Source of the DNA: Wickerhamiella versatilis
Taxonomy: Eukaryota
DNA: 64,000 nt
NCBI GenBank assembly: GCA_030867685.1
Contig: JAQOWU010000003.1
Coordinates: 682,001-746,000 of the forward strand
Reading direction: 5' to 3'
In this document: in pieces, positions 29,247 through 39,861 of the stretch
Position numbering within the stretch: the first letter of the stretch is position 1
Layout of the letters: each line of letters begins with the position of its first letter
Position numbers and translations under genes: made by a program
Notes under the pieces: generated by a model
Databases searched by the model: none
Told to the model about the DNA's origin: nothing
Seen by the model: only the letters and a program-made list of their open reading frames with translations

Positions 29247-30980
29247 ATGTCCGAATGGAGTGGCTACTTTCGGCGAGCAGTAGCAAACGTTGAGCAGCGT
29301 TTGGATCAGGCACTTCAAGACAGCCAAGAAGTCCGACTCCCGGTAGGTGAAAATGCCAAGGAACCATCTCCAAAGCCGAAAGACTCAGAAAAAGAGAATG
29401 ATCAAACAGAGTTTCATGTTACCAGTAATTTCACCGATCCTCCAGATCTGAACGCGTGTGTTCTCACAGCCCGCGGCTTTGTATTGGCCTTGGGTGATTC
29501 TGTCAAAAATAATATAAAAGACGATGGCCTTGATCTTGTTGAAAGCTTGGAGAAGGCAGCTAAAGATACTAACGACTATGTTTCTAGTACTTCTGATCGT
29601 TTTTCATCGCTACATTCGAAGATAGAGAAGCTTGTTGCAGCGAAGGGTGACTTTGGAAGTGATAAAGACAAGCAAATTGCCATGCTTTTTGATGAGGGTC
29701 AACGTCTCTCTGAGAGAGAGTTGAAGCTTAGCCAGCAAGTAAAAAAGCTGCGTTTCGAACTTTCAAAAGCAACAGAAAAGGCTCAGGAATTAGCCAAGCC
29801 TGAGATAGAGGCTCGTGACCAAAAAATCCAGGAATTGGATAAAGAAATCTCCCGTCTTCGTGGTCATATTGTTGAGCTAGAAGCTGCATTAGAGCATCTT
29901 CGCATTTCTGGGCAAGAAACTAATACATCTGAAACTTCTAGCAGCATAAATGAATTTGAGCGAAGATTGGAGAGTGCACAGGCTTCTCACGTTGCGGCAC
30001 AGGCTTCATGGCGAGAAGTGGAGCTTGGTCTTTTGAATCGGATTGCATCTCTAGAAAATGACGCAGAACTCCATCATAATACGAAGCAAGCTCTCCAGCA
30101 ACGCATTCTAGATGCCCAAGCGCAAGCGCGGGATGCGCGTAACTTGACTGTTGCATTACAGGACCAACTTGACGAGGAGCGTAGACAACGCGAGGAGGTC
30201 GAAAACTCCTTGTCGAAATTAAAAAATGACCTGATATCTAAGGGAGACCAAGCTGAGTCTAGGAAAGACAAAGTCGATGGCATGGCGGCTGATGATTCTA
30301 GTGCCCATCCAAATGGTACTGATCCACAACAAGAGGAAGATATTCCATCTCCAAAGCACGAAATTGATAATGAAACCAGTAGCCTGCATGAGCTACCAAG
30401 TATCCAGGCTGAAATATCGGACCAAAATTGCGAGGAGCCAGTTTTGGATCGATTTATCGATCTGGGTCCCACAGAACCCCCAGTATTAAGTCGAGATACA
30501 GAGTCTCACAGAGGTGGCCAAGATGACCAGGATGACCAGCTTCCAAGCCTGCTGGAAGTGCCTACGCCTTCTCGTACTACTGATTTAGGTCGCCGTGATT
30601 CATACGAATCGGTCGTGGATGGGCAAGGAGCTAGCATGCAGATGGTTAGACGGCTAACATCAGCTGTTCGTCGGCTGGAAAGCGAACTTGCTGCCACCAA
30701 GCGTAACCTGGAGCTTGCTACAGGTCAGCGAGAGCAAACTCAACGCGAAATGGTGGAACTTGTCGATGCGCAGGACGACCTCATAAAACTTCGTCAAGAA
30801 TACGCAGCGCTGGAAAGTGCACTTAAAGAGAATCAGGATCATTTAAATACTGCAAAAGAAGAGTCTTCAGGGCGGGCAGAACGTATATCTGAGCTACAAG
30901 CTGACGTGCAGGATCTCAAGGACATGTACCGGGAGCAGGTCGAAGCACTTGTTGCCCAGATTGAAACATTAAAGGCCTGA
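29247..30980 (+). CDS. SGM1: Golgin Sgm1/TMF1-like coiled-coil protein
   Basis: N-terminal W..AVANVEQRLD, KDKQIAMLFDEGQRLS, RRLTSAVRRLESEL and ELQADVQDLKDMYREQV (TMF TATA-binding domain). Confidence 0.8.
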   Translation: MSEWSGYFRRAVANVEQRLDQALQDSQEVRLPVGENAKEPSPKPKDSEKENDQTEFHVTSNFTDPPDLNACVLTARGFVLALGDSVKNNIKDDGLDLVESLEKAAKDTNDYVSSTSDRFSSLHSKIEKLVAAKGDFGSDKDKQIAMLFDEGQRLSERELKLSQQVKKLRFELSKATEKAQELAKPEIEARDQKIQELDKEISRLRGHIVELEAALEHLRISGQETNTSETSSSINEFERRLESAQASHVAAQASWREVELGLLNRIASLENDAELHHNTKQALQQRILDAQAQARDARNLTVALQDQLDEERRQREEVENSLSKLKNDLISKGDQAESRKDKVDGMAADDSSAHPNGTDPQQEEDIPSPKHEIDNETSSLHELPSIQAEISDQNCEEPVLDRFIDLGPTEPPVLSRDTESHRGGQDDQDDQLPSLLEVPTPSRTTDLGRRDSYESVVDGQGASMQMVRRLTSAVRRLESELAATKRNLELATGQREQTQREMVELVDAQDDLIKLRQEYAALESALKENQDHLNTAKEESSGRAERISELQADVQDLKDMYREQVEALVAQIETLKA

Positions 30981-31072
30981 ATTGGCATAAACACATACTA
31001 ATTTTATAGCAGATCTACGTATAAAGATACAATTCATGAAAAATGCGACTACGAGTGATTGCATCGCATCTC

Positions 31073-31966
31073 CTAAGAGCTCTTTTTAGCGAACTTATGT
31101 GAAGTGACGCTTATCTGAGGAGGAGGGGGAGGTAGCTGATCAAGAGAGTCCGCGGTAGGCGGATAAGCTATCGCCTTACGATAACCCCATCTGAGTACCA
31201 GCCTCAAAAAATGATACGAAGAGAACTCGGGCCACAATGTGGGTACAAACTCGATATCAGTCTGAGGACCTATACATTCCCAACAAAGGAAATCTGAAAG
31301 ACGAGTCTCACCACTAGTGCGCACGAAGAGATCTACTGGATCACCAAAAGTATAAAGCTTGGACTCTAGCGATGATATATCAGGTGGAGATTCCGGAGTG
31401 CTTGCTACTTCGGCAATGGCGTGGGTCATGTCGTCCCTTGATGTGTATGGACAGCATATATTGATGTTAATCGCAGTCCCAGACTTCGTCAAATTCTCTA
31501 TCTTTGCCATCTTCTCCTGTAAGTCGGGCGCCATGAGGCTTCTATCTCCTAAGAAGCGAATGCGCCATCCGACGGATCTCACAGAATCATCATCGTCAGA
31601 CGTCACCATTGACCAGAGCTGATCTCGTACGAGGTCAAATAAGGTCTCAGACTCTTGAGGTGATCGATTGAAGTTTTCGATGCTAAAAGCATAAGCTGTG
31701 ACAGTCTTGACACCAAGGCCTCGACATACTTTGAGTAAAGAAACTAGAGTTTCAAAGCCAGCATAGTGGCCCTCTCCCATTTGAAGCCCATATTTGCGCG
31801 CGTAACGCCGATTTCCATCCATAACAAATGCAACGTGACGAGGGATGGGGCCTGTGGAAAGTATGTCTACTAATTTGTCCATAATTGCCTTTGGCACAAT
31901 TGAAATAATCGGCAGAGATAGCAATTGTCGCCATAGGCTTCCAAAATTATAGGAATTGATGAACAT
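31073..31966 (-). CDS. RER2: cis-prenyltransferase (dehydrodolichyl diphosphate synthase)
   Basis: PRHVAFVMDGNRRYA, YAFSIENFNRS and RTSGETRLSDFL. May be the SRT1-type paralog. Confidence 0.9.
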   Translation of the reverse strand: MFINSYNFGSLWRQLLSLPIISIVPKAIMDKLVDILSTGPIPRHVAFVMDGNRRYARKYGLQMGEGHYAGFETLVSLLKVCRGLGVKTVTAYAFSIENFNRSPQESETLFDLVRDQLWSMVTSDDDDSVRSVGWRIRFLGDRSLMAPDLQEKMAKIENLTKSGTAININICCPYTSRDDMTHAIAEVASTPESPPDISSLESKLYTFGDPVDLFVRTSGETRLSDFLCWECIGPQTDIEFVPTLWPEFSSYHFLRLVLRWGYRKAIAYPPTADSLDQLPPPPPQISVTSHKFAKKSS

Positions 31967-32328
31967 GGAGGATCGCGTCGCAAGTGGGGCGACCCATTTT
32001 ATAATACCCTGAAAGTGCTACACCGCGCGGTCTGGCACTTTTGCAGCTTGTCGACATAATATTCCTATAATTCAAATACAACGACATCAGGAAATTTACT
32101 GCTATTTGGATGCGATACTTATGTCTAGCTGGGGGAGGAGGGGGGAAGTTGAGTCCAGTATGGACTCATATTAATCCGGCCTACCGTGAATTATAAAGCG
32201 ACATGGTATCACTACAGGCTTCTAGAAACGAAGATATCTAGACTTAAAAAAATACCAATTGAGTGCTGAAAACTGCTCTAATTCAAAATTAGATATTTCA
32301 GCCAGTCCAGCGGCTAATCTTGAGGTCC

Positions 32329-33540
32329 TTACATCACAATTTCATTCTTGGTGTCTACCTTAATGTCTTTGTGAGGAAGAACAACAGCATTCTCCAGGAA
32401 AACTTCCTCTCCAACAGAGACTTCCTTCGCAAGTATAGAGATACGAGGCGCCTTCACACCATCCTTAATCACATATGAGTTATAGTCGCTAGGGCTGACA
32501 GGAGATCCTTCCACACGAGCCCATTTGCCAACCTTGACACCTGGACAAAGGACTGAATTCAAGACGAGAGCATTGGCCCGAACCTCGGACTTTTGGAGTA
32601 TGACACTATCGCGAATACGAGCGCCGGGACCGACCTTAACGCCTGGGCCAATTGTGACATTAGGGCCTATCAAAGCTGTAGGGTCAATATGAGCCGTGGG
32701 ATCAATATATACAGGCTTTTTAATATTTGGTCCCTCTGCGAGCTTATGACCTCGACTCTGCTCTTCATCAAGATAGAAGCGATTAGCCACGAGAGCTGAT
32801 CCAGCTTCTTTAACCTGTCTCCAGTAATCGGTAGTCACATAAACGAATAGGCTTCCAGCATCTGCTAGGCGAGTTAGGACATCCTGCTCGATCTGGAGTA
32901 AATCCTCGTCAAATTCATCAAGCATAGCCTCATTCTTTTCATGGTCCTCCTTTGCCTGAGCAATAGTCTCAAAGACGGAGGGGGTGAAATAATATATACC
33001 TCCGTTTACCAGGGTGGAAACAGGAGTATCAGGTTTCTCAACATAGTGTAACACCTTGTCTCCGTCCGCCACAATGGCACCAAAGTTTTGAGAAATTGCC
33101 TTGGGTACCCGCGTACCGAGAACCACAGCTCCACCTTTGTGTGCCGCAGCCACTTTAGCAAGCTCAGCCAAAGGGTAGGAGCAGCAAACGTCAGCATTGA
33201 CCAAAAAAATTCCATCAGGTTTTCCACGAAGAATCTGGTCACGGAAATGATAGAGACCACCTGCAGTTCCCATGGGCCTATATTCGCGTAAATAACGAAT
33301 AGTAACATCCGGATGCTCACGGTTAACGTCTGCAATAAAATTGTCAAACTTGGAGTTTTCAAAATAACCAATCAGCAATATCTCGTTAGCCTGCTGTTCG
33401 ATTGCTGCCTCAACCGCATGGGCGAGAAGAGGTTTACCCCCAGCCGGGAAAAGTACCTTTGGTACACTTAAACTGATAGGGCGGAAACGTGTGCCTCGCG
33501 TGTCTCCACCAACCAGAATTACTGCCTTATTGCCAGCCAT
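32329..33540 (-). CDS. Mannose-1-phosphate guanylyltransferase alpha-type (GMPPA/Mpg2/Psa2)
   Basis: KAVILVGGDTRGTRFRP, GTAGGLYHFRDQI and HYVEKP, followed by a left-handed beta-helix C-terminus. Confidence 0.9.
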   Translation of the reverse strand: MAGNKAVILVGGDTRGTRFRPISLSVPKVLFPAGGKPLLAHAVEAAIEQQANEILLIGYFENSKFDNFIADVNREHPDVTIRYLREYRPMGTAGGLYHFRDQILRGKPDGIFLVNADVCCSYPLAELAKVAAAHKGGAVVLGTRVPKAISQNFGAIVADGDKVLHYVEKPDTPVSTLVNGGIYYFTPSVFETIAQAKEDHEKNEAMLDEFDEDLLQIEQDVLTRLADAGSLFVYVTTDYWRQVKEAGSALVANRFYLDEEQSRGHKLAEGPNIKKPVYIDPTAHIDPTALIGPNVTIGPGVKVGPGARIRDSVILQKSEVRANALVLNSVLCPGVKVGKWARVEGSPVSPSDYNSYVIKDGVKAPRISILAKEVSVGEEVFLENAVVLPHKDIKVDTKNEIVM

Positions 33541-33902
33541 CGATACAGTGTTTGCTTACGTGGACGTTGAGAACACCAACCTTCACGTGTCTTGCGGGAA
33601 CTAAACGTTACTTTAAATGTTGGTGTCATCCACTAAAAAATACTATTCGGAATTCTATAATATGGTCATTAATGTATAATTATAGCTCATTATCAATGAT
33701 ATTTAACCGATATGGTAACACATCCCATTACTTCAATATCTGCGCATGAACGCATATTGTACAATTCAATCATTATCCCAGTAAACATAAAGAGCATATT
33801 TCGGTATTCACTGGCTAAAGCTGCCATGACATATATCCTTTACTTCCCTGATAACATGAATGCCTGTTGGGAAGTTGTACAGGACCGGTTGGACCCTCTC
33901 AT

Positions 33903-34769
33903 CTAAAGCTCGTCCTTTACAGTGAAATCTTCTTCCAACCAAGTTTTTAAAAGAATAGCCCACGTCTCTATTGTATCGTAGTCGAGAATATCCGCTGTAT
34001 CCCCCGCTGTATGCCAAAATGGTGGGAAAGTGCTAGGGATAAGATGAAGAACGGGAACATTGCGTTGCACGAAGGGCACCTGGTCATCGCTTATCATTCC
34101 AGAGTATGCAGTAACGTCCCCGTCAACAACTTTTCGCCGAACAGATGATTTGGAGTAAAGATTACGGTTTATGTTCACAAGTCTTTGGTGCTCATTCACG
34201 GTATTGCGATACCATGCAGGTATAGGAGGACCATTATGCCCAATCAGATCAAGCAAAACAAGTTCCCTCGGGAGAGGGCTATGAGCCGCATGGAACCGTG
34301 AGCCATAAATACTATCTGTATCTGTCCATTCTACGAACGCTTCTTCACCGTCGAAAAATGTAAGATCATAGTCACCGCGGGCATTTTGAGCCAGCCATAG
34401 CAAGATTGCACACGGTACGGCGCTATCAGTTGCTCCAATAAACCCCTCGGGAAGCCGTTTCGAGTCGTAGTGCGCTGCTAATGTCCGCCGCGCAGGTCTA
34501 GACCCATGGGACTTCGATGCAACCAGGTTTGACATGGGAACCTGCCCCAGCGGAGTTTGAGCCACAAAACGCTCCCGCTTTACTGTCCAACCAGCTGAAT
34601 GGAGGGCGGAAGCAATATGTTCCTGAACCTCCACGCTCCCTGTCGTCCCAGGAACTCGAGGCCGCAATATGGGCTGTAATAAGCTTCCATTAATTGGGTT
34701 AAGCGTATCCCATATTTGATCGGTCCGAGCTAACGCGAACGCGCTAGCCGTAACAGCACTTACACGCAT
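33903..34769 (-). CDS. Glutaminyl cyclase (M28 family), signal peptide and C-terminal KDEL
   Basis: LAAHYDSK, GATDSAVPCA, FFDGEEAF.EW..TDSIYGSR, LLDLIG, DDQVPF and WHT. First ATG at 34769 starts a hydrophobic leader. Confidence 0.85.
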   Translation of the reverse strand: MRVSAVTASAFALARTDQIWDTLNPINGSLLQPILRPRVPGTTGSVEVQEHIASALHSAGWTVKRERFVAQTPLGQVPMSNLVASKSHGSRPARRTLAAHYDSKRLPEGFIGATDSAVPCAILLWLAQNARGDYDLTFFDGEEAFVEWTDTDSIYGSRFHAAHSPLPRELVLLDLIGHNGPPIPAWYRNTVNEHQRLVNINRNLYSKSSVRRKVVDGDVTAYSGMISDDQVPFVQRNVPVLHLIPSTFPPFWHTAGDTADILDYDTIETWAILLKTWLEEDFTVKDEL

Positions 34770-34849
34770 GACGTAATAGCTTCGAAGTTGATTTTCAACG
34801 TCTTTATCTATAAGTAAGTCCAGTATCAAATGACTTTTTTACATTTAAA

Positions 34850-36385
34850 TCAACGCTTAGTTATACTTACAAGGCGTCCCTCCTCAGCTAGAATTTTCGT
34901 TAAAAACTCGAGCTCACCACGCCTTCGGCCTTCGATCAGCCAATCTTCGGCCACACGTCGAGGCCATCCCTGTAGCGTATTCAATTCTGCCACAGCGTCA
35001 ACTGTACGGCCCTCACTAAGATACGTAGATGTACGGGCAAGAAGGCTTTCAACGTCGTCACCTATAGGCATGCCCTGTTTTGGAACAAGTAGTTTTGATG
35101 CCGCCCAAGAGGTAAGATGGCCAGCCACTCCCGCATCCTCTGGCGCAAGACTAGCACGACGAATTTCTGGCTCGATAATCTGAAATCTTGCCGCGAGTTG
35201 CGAAACAGACAACACACCGTTATATAAACTTTCCTTTGGTAACGACTTGACAGCCGCTTTCACGAGCGGATCGTCCGGCAGCGATGCTTCAAGCTTTTCT
35301 ATAAAGGGAGTTAATGGCTGTGACTCGCATTGAAGAGCGTACTGAAGCCCACCAAGCGCTGAGAAATAATCCACCACATGAGAATTTTCTCTCAGCGCTT
35401 CACCGGTCGCAACCATTGCCTTCTCAAGAGTATTTATATGTCCTGCCAACGAGGAGAGTTGGCCCAGTCGGCCCTCACGTTCGTTTTCAACCCGCTCAAT
35501 GACATGCTGGGCGAATTCATTTTCCTGCTGAATATATTGCGCGGCTAGGTTGTTATTGTACGAGGCCAAAAGCGCTTCTTTAGTAGCATCAACCTCACTT
35601 GAAAGTCGGTTATTATATAGCTCGAGTAATCGTTTTTTCTCGTTCAAGTATTCGTCTGATAGCCCGCCTATCGCATCAGAGGCCAACTTTTTGAGCTCAA
35701 CCTCTTTTCTCTCTATTTCGCCTGCAAGGTCCTTTGAGGCATCCTCGCGCTGCCGAGCCAAGACCTGAGACGCACCCTCAATGGCCTTAGCAAAATTAAC
35801 GACCTGGGTCTTACCAAAAGTCCCGTGATTTATAGCAGAAATCCAATCGTTCGCTGTATCTACCACTTCTTTCAGGCATGGATCAGTGTCCGGGGAGGAA
35901 AGAAGGCCAAGATCCGGGGTGGGCACTTGTTGAGCCGGAGCTTTAACGGTTTCTGCCTGTCCAGAAGCTCTTGTCGACGTGGTTGAATGTCTAGGTGCAG
36001 CCTTGGCAACCTCGTCAGTATGATTCTCACGTGATACAGGAGGAACGTACGTTAAAGAGGCCAAGGTCTTCTCTTTCGACTCACGGTTCCGATAAGCTAT
36101 TATGCGGAATCTTATGTCGTCAACAAGTCCCACTGCACTTACTCCAAGTGGTGCATATTCGACAAACCAGTCATAGAAATCATCGTTCTCAAGCGCGAGC
36201 CACGAAGCACCGCCATAAAGTAGAGATACCAGCAACGTCGACTTCACAAGGAACTTCCTAACAGGATGCCGCGGTTTTGAGGCTTTGGCTGTATGCTCTA
36301 AAGCAGCTTTCTTTATTGGTGGTACGCTCCCTGCTGATTGCAGCCGGGATCGAGTCGTTGCCAAACGTCTCACAAAGGACTGCAT
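34850..36385 (-). CDS. MIC60: MICOS subunit Mic60 (mitofilin)
   Basis: Presequence MQSFVRRLATTRSRL, one TM, coiled coil and mitofilin C-terminus (DDVESLLAR..AVAELNTLQGWPRRVAEDWL). Confidence 0.92.
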   Translation of the reverse strand: MQSFVRRLATTRSRLQSAGSVPPIKKAALEHTAKASKPRHPVRKFLVKSTLLVSLLYGGASWLALENDDFYDWFVEYAPLGVSAVGLVDDIRFRIIAYRNRESKEKTLASLTYVPPVSRENHTDEVAKAAPRHSTTSTRASGQAETVKAPAQQVPTPDLGLLSSPDTDPCLKEVVDTANDWISAINHGTFGKTQVVNFAKAIEGASQVLARQREDASKDLAGEIERKEVELKKLASDAIGGLSDEYLNEKKRLLELYNNRLSSEVDATKEALLASYNNNLAAQYIQQENEFAQHVIERVENEREGRLGQLSSLAGHINTLEKAMVATGEALRENSHVVDYFSALGGLQYALQCESQPLTPFIEKLEASLPDDPLVKAAVKSLPKESLYNGVLSVSQLAARFQIIEPEIRRASLAPEDAGVAGHLTSWAASKLLVPKQGMPIGDDVESLLARTSTYLSEGRTVDAVAELNTLQGWPRRVAEDWLIEGRRRGELEFLTKILAEEGRLVSITKR

Positions 36386-36726
36386 TCAACGAATAGATGC
36401 TGAGTAAGTGTCTCGATACAGATTGGCTGGCTAGCTGACCGTAACGCACCAACTTGTTTGCTGTTGCTAAATCTATTTTCGTTACTTATATTGCTAGCGA
36501 AATTTTATTCCCTATCTCATTCGTTCCGGTTATATTTCTGGTGGGTATATTATATATTCGGCTGTCCATATTGGTCCATAAACAGACTAATCATCGTGAC
36601 CCAGAAATTAACACTCGAGCATTCAGCTGGGCTTTGATTCAATGATAGTTCACCAATTCCACGAGCTGGCTTTCACGTAAAGGACTTTGAGGTATCACCT
36701 TGCAAACTAGACTAATTAGCTAAGCC

Positions 36727-37869
36727 ATGGCTAGCCAGCAGGTCTTTGGTGGTGACCAGGTTTCTGCTGTGGTGCTGGACCAAGGCGCAGCCTGGACTAG
36801 AGTAGGATGGGATGGAGATGATCTTCCAAGACAAACTGAGCTCACACAATTTGCAGAGCGTGATGGGCAACGCATGTTTGGTGATGACCAAGTGTATCTT
36901 CTGCGACCCAATACTGAAATAGCCAATCCTATGCAGGATAGTTGCATAGCAAATTGGGACGCTGTGGAAGAACTCTGGGATTTTGTATTGCGTAACGAAG
37001 CAGCAGAAGATTCACCCTTGTTGGTTACTGACCAACTGTGGAATTCAAATGACAATCGACAACGCACGCTGGAATATGCCTTGGAAAAAAGGCAGCATGT
37101 GGCAGCTTACATTGCGAAATCCTCTGTTTGTGCTCTTTTCAGTAGTGGGAGGCCTACAGGGCTTGTAATAGACGTGGGGTCGCAAACAGCCTCTGCCGTG
37201 CCCATAGTTGACGGCTTTCCTCTGTACCGGGCCGCAAGAAAGTCACGCACGGCCGGTCAGGCTTTGAACCGTAAAATTGCTGGTCTATTGGGTGAAATCG
37301 GTCTGAAACGTACTGTCGAGGGCCTCACCCCCAGTTTTATTGATTTACAACGGCAGCGTGTATTTGACGAATTTAAAGAAAGCATGGTACAAGTCAGCGA
37401 TATGCCTTTAAGTGATGCATCCCAGGCATCTATGAGATCATTTGAGCTTCCAGATGGTTCCACAATTGATATGGGCCGCGAACGACTCGTACTTGGAGAA
37501 TCTCTGGTCTCACCCGACCCCGCTATACAAGATGGCTGGTCGTTAGGAGGAACAACACGCCTCGCTATAGATGCAATAAACTCCTGTGACGTGGACATAC
37601 GCTCCTCAATGGCTACTAACGTTGTGGTGTGCGGAGGAACAACATTGACACAGGGATTCACTGAGCGGCTCAACCAGGATTTGAGCCGCGCGTTCCCCTC
37701 TTTCAAGATAAGATTGTATGCATCTGGTAATTTGGGTGAGCGCAAAAATGCGTCGTGGCTTGGAGGATCTATTCTGGCATCCCTAGGTACATTCCACCAA
37801 CTGTGGGTGTCTAAAAAGGAGTATGATGAAGTTGGCGTTGAACAACTTCTTTCTAAAAGATTTGCGTAA
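36727..37869 (+). CDS. ARP4: Nuclear actin-related protein Arp4
   Basis: FGGDQVSAVVLD, actin fold and C-terminal SWLGGSILASLGTFHQLWVSKKEYDE characteristic of Arp4. Confidence 0.9.
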   Translation: MASQQVFGGDQVSAVVLDQGAAWTRVGWDGDDLPRQTELTQFAERDGQRMFGDDQVYLLRPNTEIANPMQDSCIANWDAVEELWDFVLRNEAAEDSPLLVTDQLWNSNDNRQRTLEYALEKRQHVAAYIAKSSVCALFSSGRPTGLVIDVGSQTASAVPIVDGFPLYRAARKSRTAGQALNRKIAGLLGEIGLKRTVEGLTPSFIDLQRQRVFDEFKESMVQVSDMPLSDASQASMRSFELPDGSTIDMGRERLVLGESLVSPDPAIQDGWSLGGTTRLAIDAINSCDVDIRSSMATNVVVCGGTTLTQGFTERLNQDLSRAFPSFKIRLYASGNLGERKNASWLGGSILASLGTFHQLWVSKKEYDEVGVEQLLSKRFA

Positions 37870-38216
37870 TTTTAATCTTTATTGTAGTCAAATCGAGTTC
37901 AAACAAGAGCAATGATATGCACGTCCTCTCCAATTTAAAAAAAATACTCTGTGTTTGCCTTTTTTTATGCAGAAGTGGTCTAGTTGTAAATTAAAGTCTA
38001 ACAGTGATATATATTAAAGGAAGAGCTATTATTGTCTTGGTTGTAGTATATATCATACCCTGGTTCTCAAACACGTGTTCTGTTATATGCTCCCACAAAA
38101 ACATTTTTTTTTCATTGATTTTTACGCCAGGATAACGCTGCCATTAATCTGAATGTTATCTCAAGTAAGATCGTTATTACCACTTGAGACCCCCTACCCT
38201 GCTCCTCATCAGGCAC

Positions 38217-39035
38217 ATGAATGATAAATGGCTGGTAGGAGAAGACACCGCCCAAGTCTTAGAAGATGAAGTATCATCTCTAAGAAATTCTGGGGGTACA
38301 CAATCCCCTGGTAAAGTCCCTGGGCGGTGGAGCTATCCGGTAAAATCTGCTAGTCGTCCATCATTAGTGAAGCCACCCAAGCGTGTTCCACGCAGAGCCT
38401 TTTCACTGGCAGATAAAGACCCTTTCGTTGACTCTAACCCAAGCAAACGCCCAAAGATTGATGAAACTGGTCGAATTAAGGCAGATACGCAGCTTCTTCG
38501 TACCCTCCAGTCAGCCAAGCGCAGACTCGACTCACCGTTTTCTACCATTAGCCTTCACAATTCTTTCGAACCTGCGGCAGAAGAAAACTCATCTGTAATT
38601 GATTCGCATGGACATGCGAGCTCAGCATACCAGGAAAATGACGTTCGTGTCGGCCCTGCGTCTGGGTCTTCGCCTGATAAAACGAACATCACACCGACCC
38701 CTGCACCTGCAAATAATGATATCGAAGCTTTATTAAAAGGTGTTGATATTCTGAGCAAGAATCTTGCGGAATTTCGAGCAGAAATAATGGCTTGGCCCCA
38801 GAAGTTACAAGATCCTCAGCAGCACTATAAGGAATACTTCAATCAATTATCCTCCGAACTTCATGCTAAATATGAGGAACGTACTAAAAAAGACATTCAA
38901 AAGTCTGAAATTATGATTAAAGAGAATTACGCAAAAAAAATTGCCGCTTTGAACGCGGCATTAAAACAGGAACAGCAGGAAAAGAAAGAGCTAATCAAAG
39001 CTTGCGACGCTTTTTTGACGGCGCGGGGCCGCTAG
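38217..39035 (+). CDS. Hypothetical protein with disordered SP-rich N-terminus and C-terminal coiled coil (possibly TACC/Slk19-like)
   Basis: 272 codons from ATG 38217, with a C-terminal heptad region ending EKKELIKACDAFL. Confidence 0.65.
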   Translation: MNDKWLVGEDTAQVLEDEVSSLRNSGGTQSPGKVPGRWSYPVKSASRPSLVKPPKRVPRRAFSLADKDPFVDSNPSKRPKIDETGRIKADTQLLRTLQSAKRRLDSPFSTISLHNSFEPAAEENSSVIDSHGHASSAYQENDVRVGPASGSSPDKTNITPTPAPANNDIEALLKGVDILSKNLAEFRAEIMAWPQKLQDPQQHYKEYFNQLSSELHAKYEERTKKDIQKSEIMIKENYAKKIAALNAALKQEQQEKKELIKACDAFLTARGR

Positions 39036-39861
39036 CGGCCGAAGTACAAAACTAGTTCCAGGAAAAATACTTGCATTTAATAATACTAGAATATATCTGT
39101 GAAGCAATGCCTGCATAGACTTTATAATTTTGGTAAATGGTATCTGGAAAAGCATGAACGTCAAGCTCTTTCTTCATGATTTTCAATCGAAATTAGTTCA
39201 TAAATAGAAATATTGTCGCTAGTTCTTTTTGGATCACGAGCTTATGGCCTAGTGCTCTAAATTTCACTCGTACCTTGTACCGAGGATTATGCTCCTTTTG
39301 CTAATAGGCTGTCAGCTTTATCAAACTTTAATATCTCGTAATCTGTCAATCCAGAATTGAAATACATATGATCATGATATTGCTACCAATCAAATAAAAA
39401 TTCATTTCCAATGATAATTCGTATTCAATGAACTTAGTGCATTCCTACGCTATTTGATCCCACTCTCTCCAAATGTTGCAATTAAGTTTGGTGAGAGCAG
39501 CAAGCGATACGAACGGAAGAGAATAGTGACCGGAGAAAATCATTGAGAATTGCTCTAATCTCCACGATCTGTCCAACAAAATTAATTCAAATTCCCAGTG
39601 ACCAAGAACATGGTAAATCTCAATCCGCTATCACGTCAATCTATCCAATTCTAGACGAAAAAAAAACCATCTCAAAAAATTATTAAAATTTCATGTCCGC
39701 TAAGAAAGTTTTAGAAATCACTCAAACTGTAGACCCTATGGGGTGCATAAGGTTTTAAGACAGGCTTGAAGAAGAAATCAAACACAATTTAGGAGGATTT
39801 TAGAGTATTCATTTGGGAAGAACACTCTTTTGTTACACTCTTGTGTCCAAGACAGAAACTA

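Noticed and set aside
32001-32016. ATAATACCCTGAAAG resembling the 3' part of a TPP riboswitch
   Set aside because: The upstream CTGAGA and CTGAT elements are missing, and the neighbours are not thiamine genes.
36404-36719. GTAAGT...ACTAAT-TAG possible intron upstream of ARP4
   Set aside because: Splicing would not put the upstream ATG in frame, and the donor is only 18 nt from the MIC60 start. A UTR intron cannot be excluded but is unsupported.
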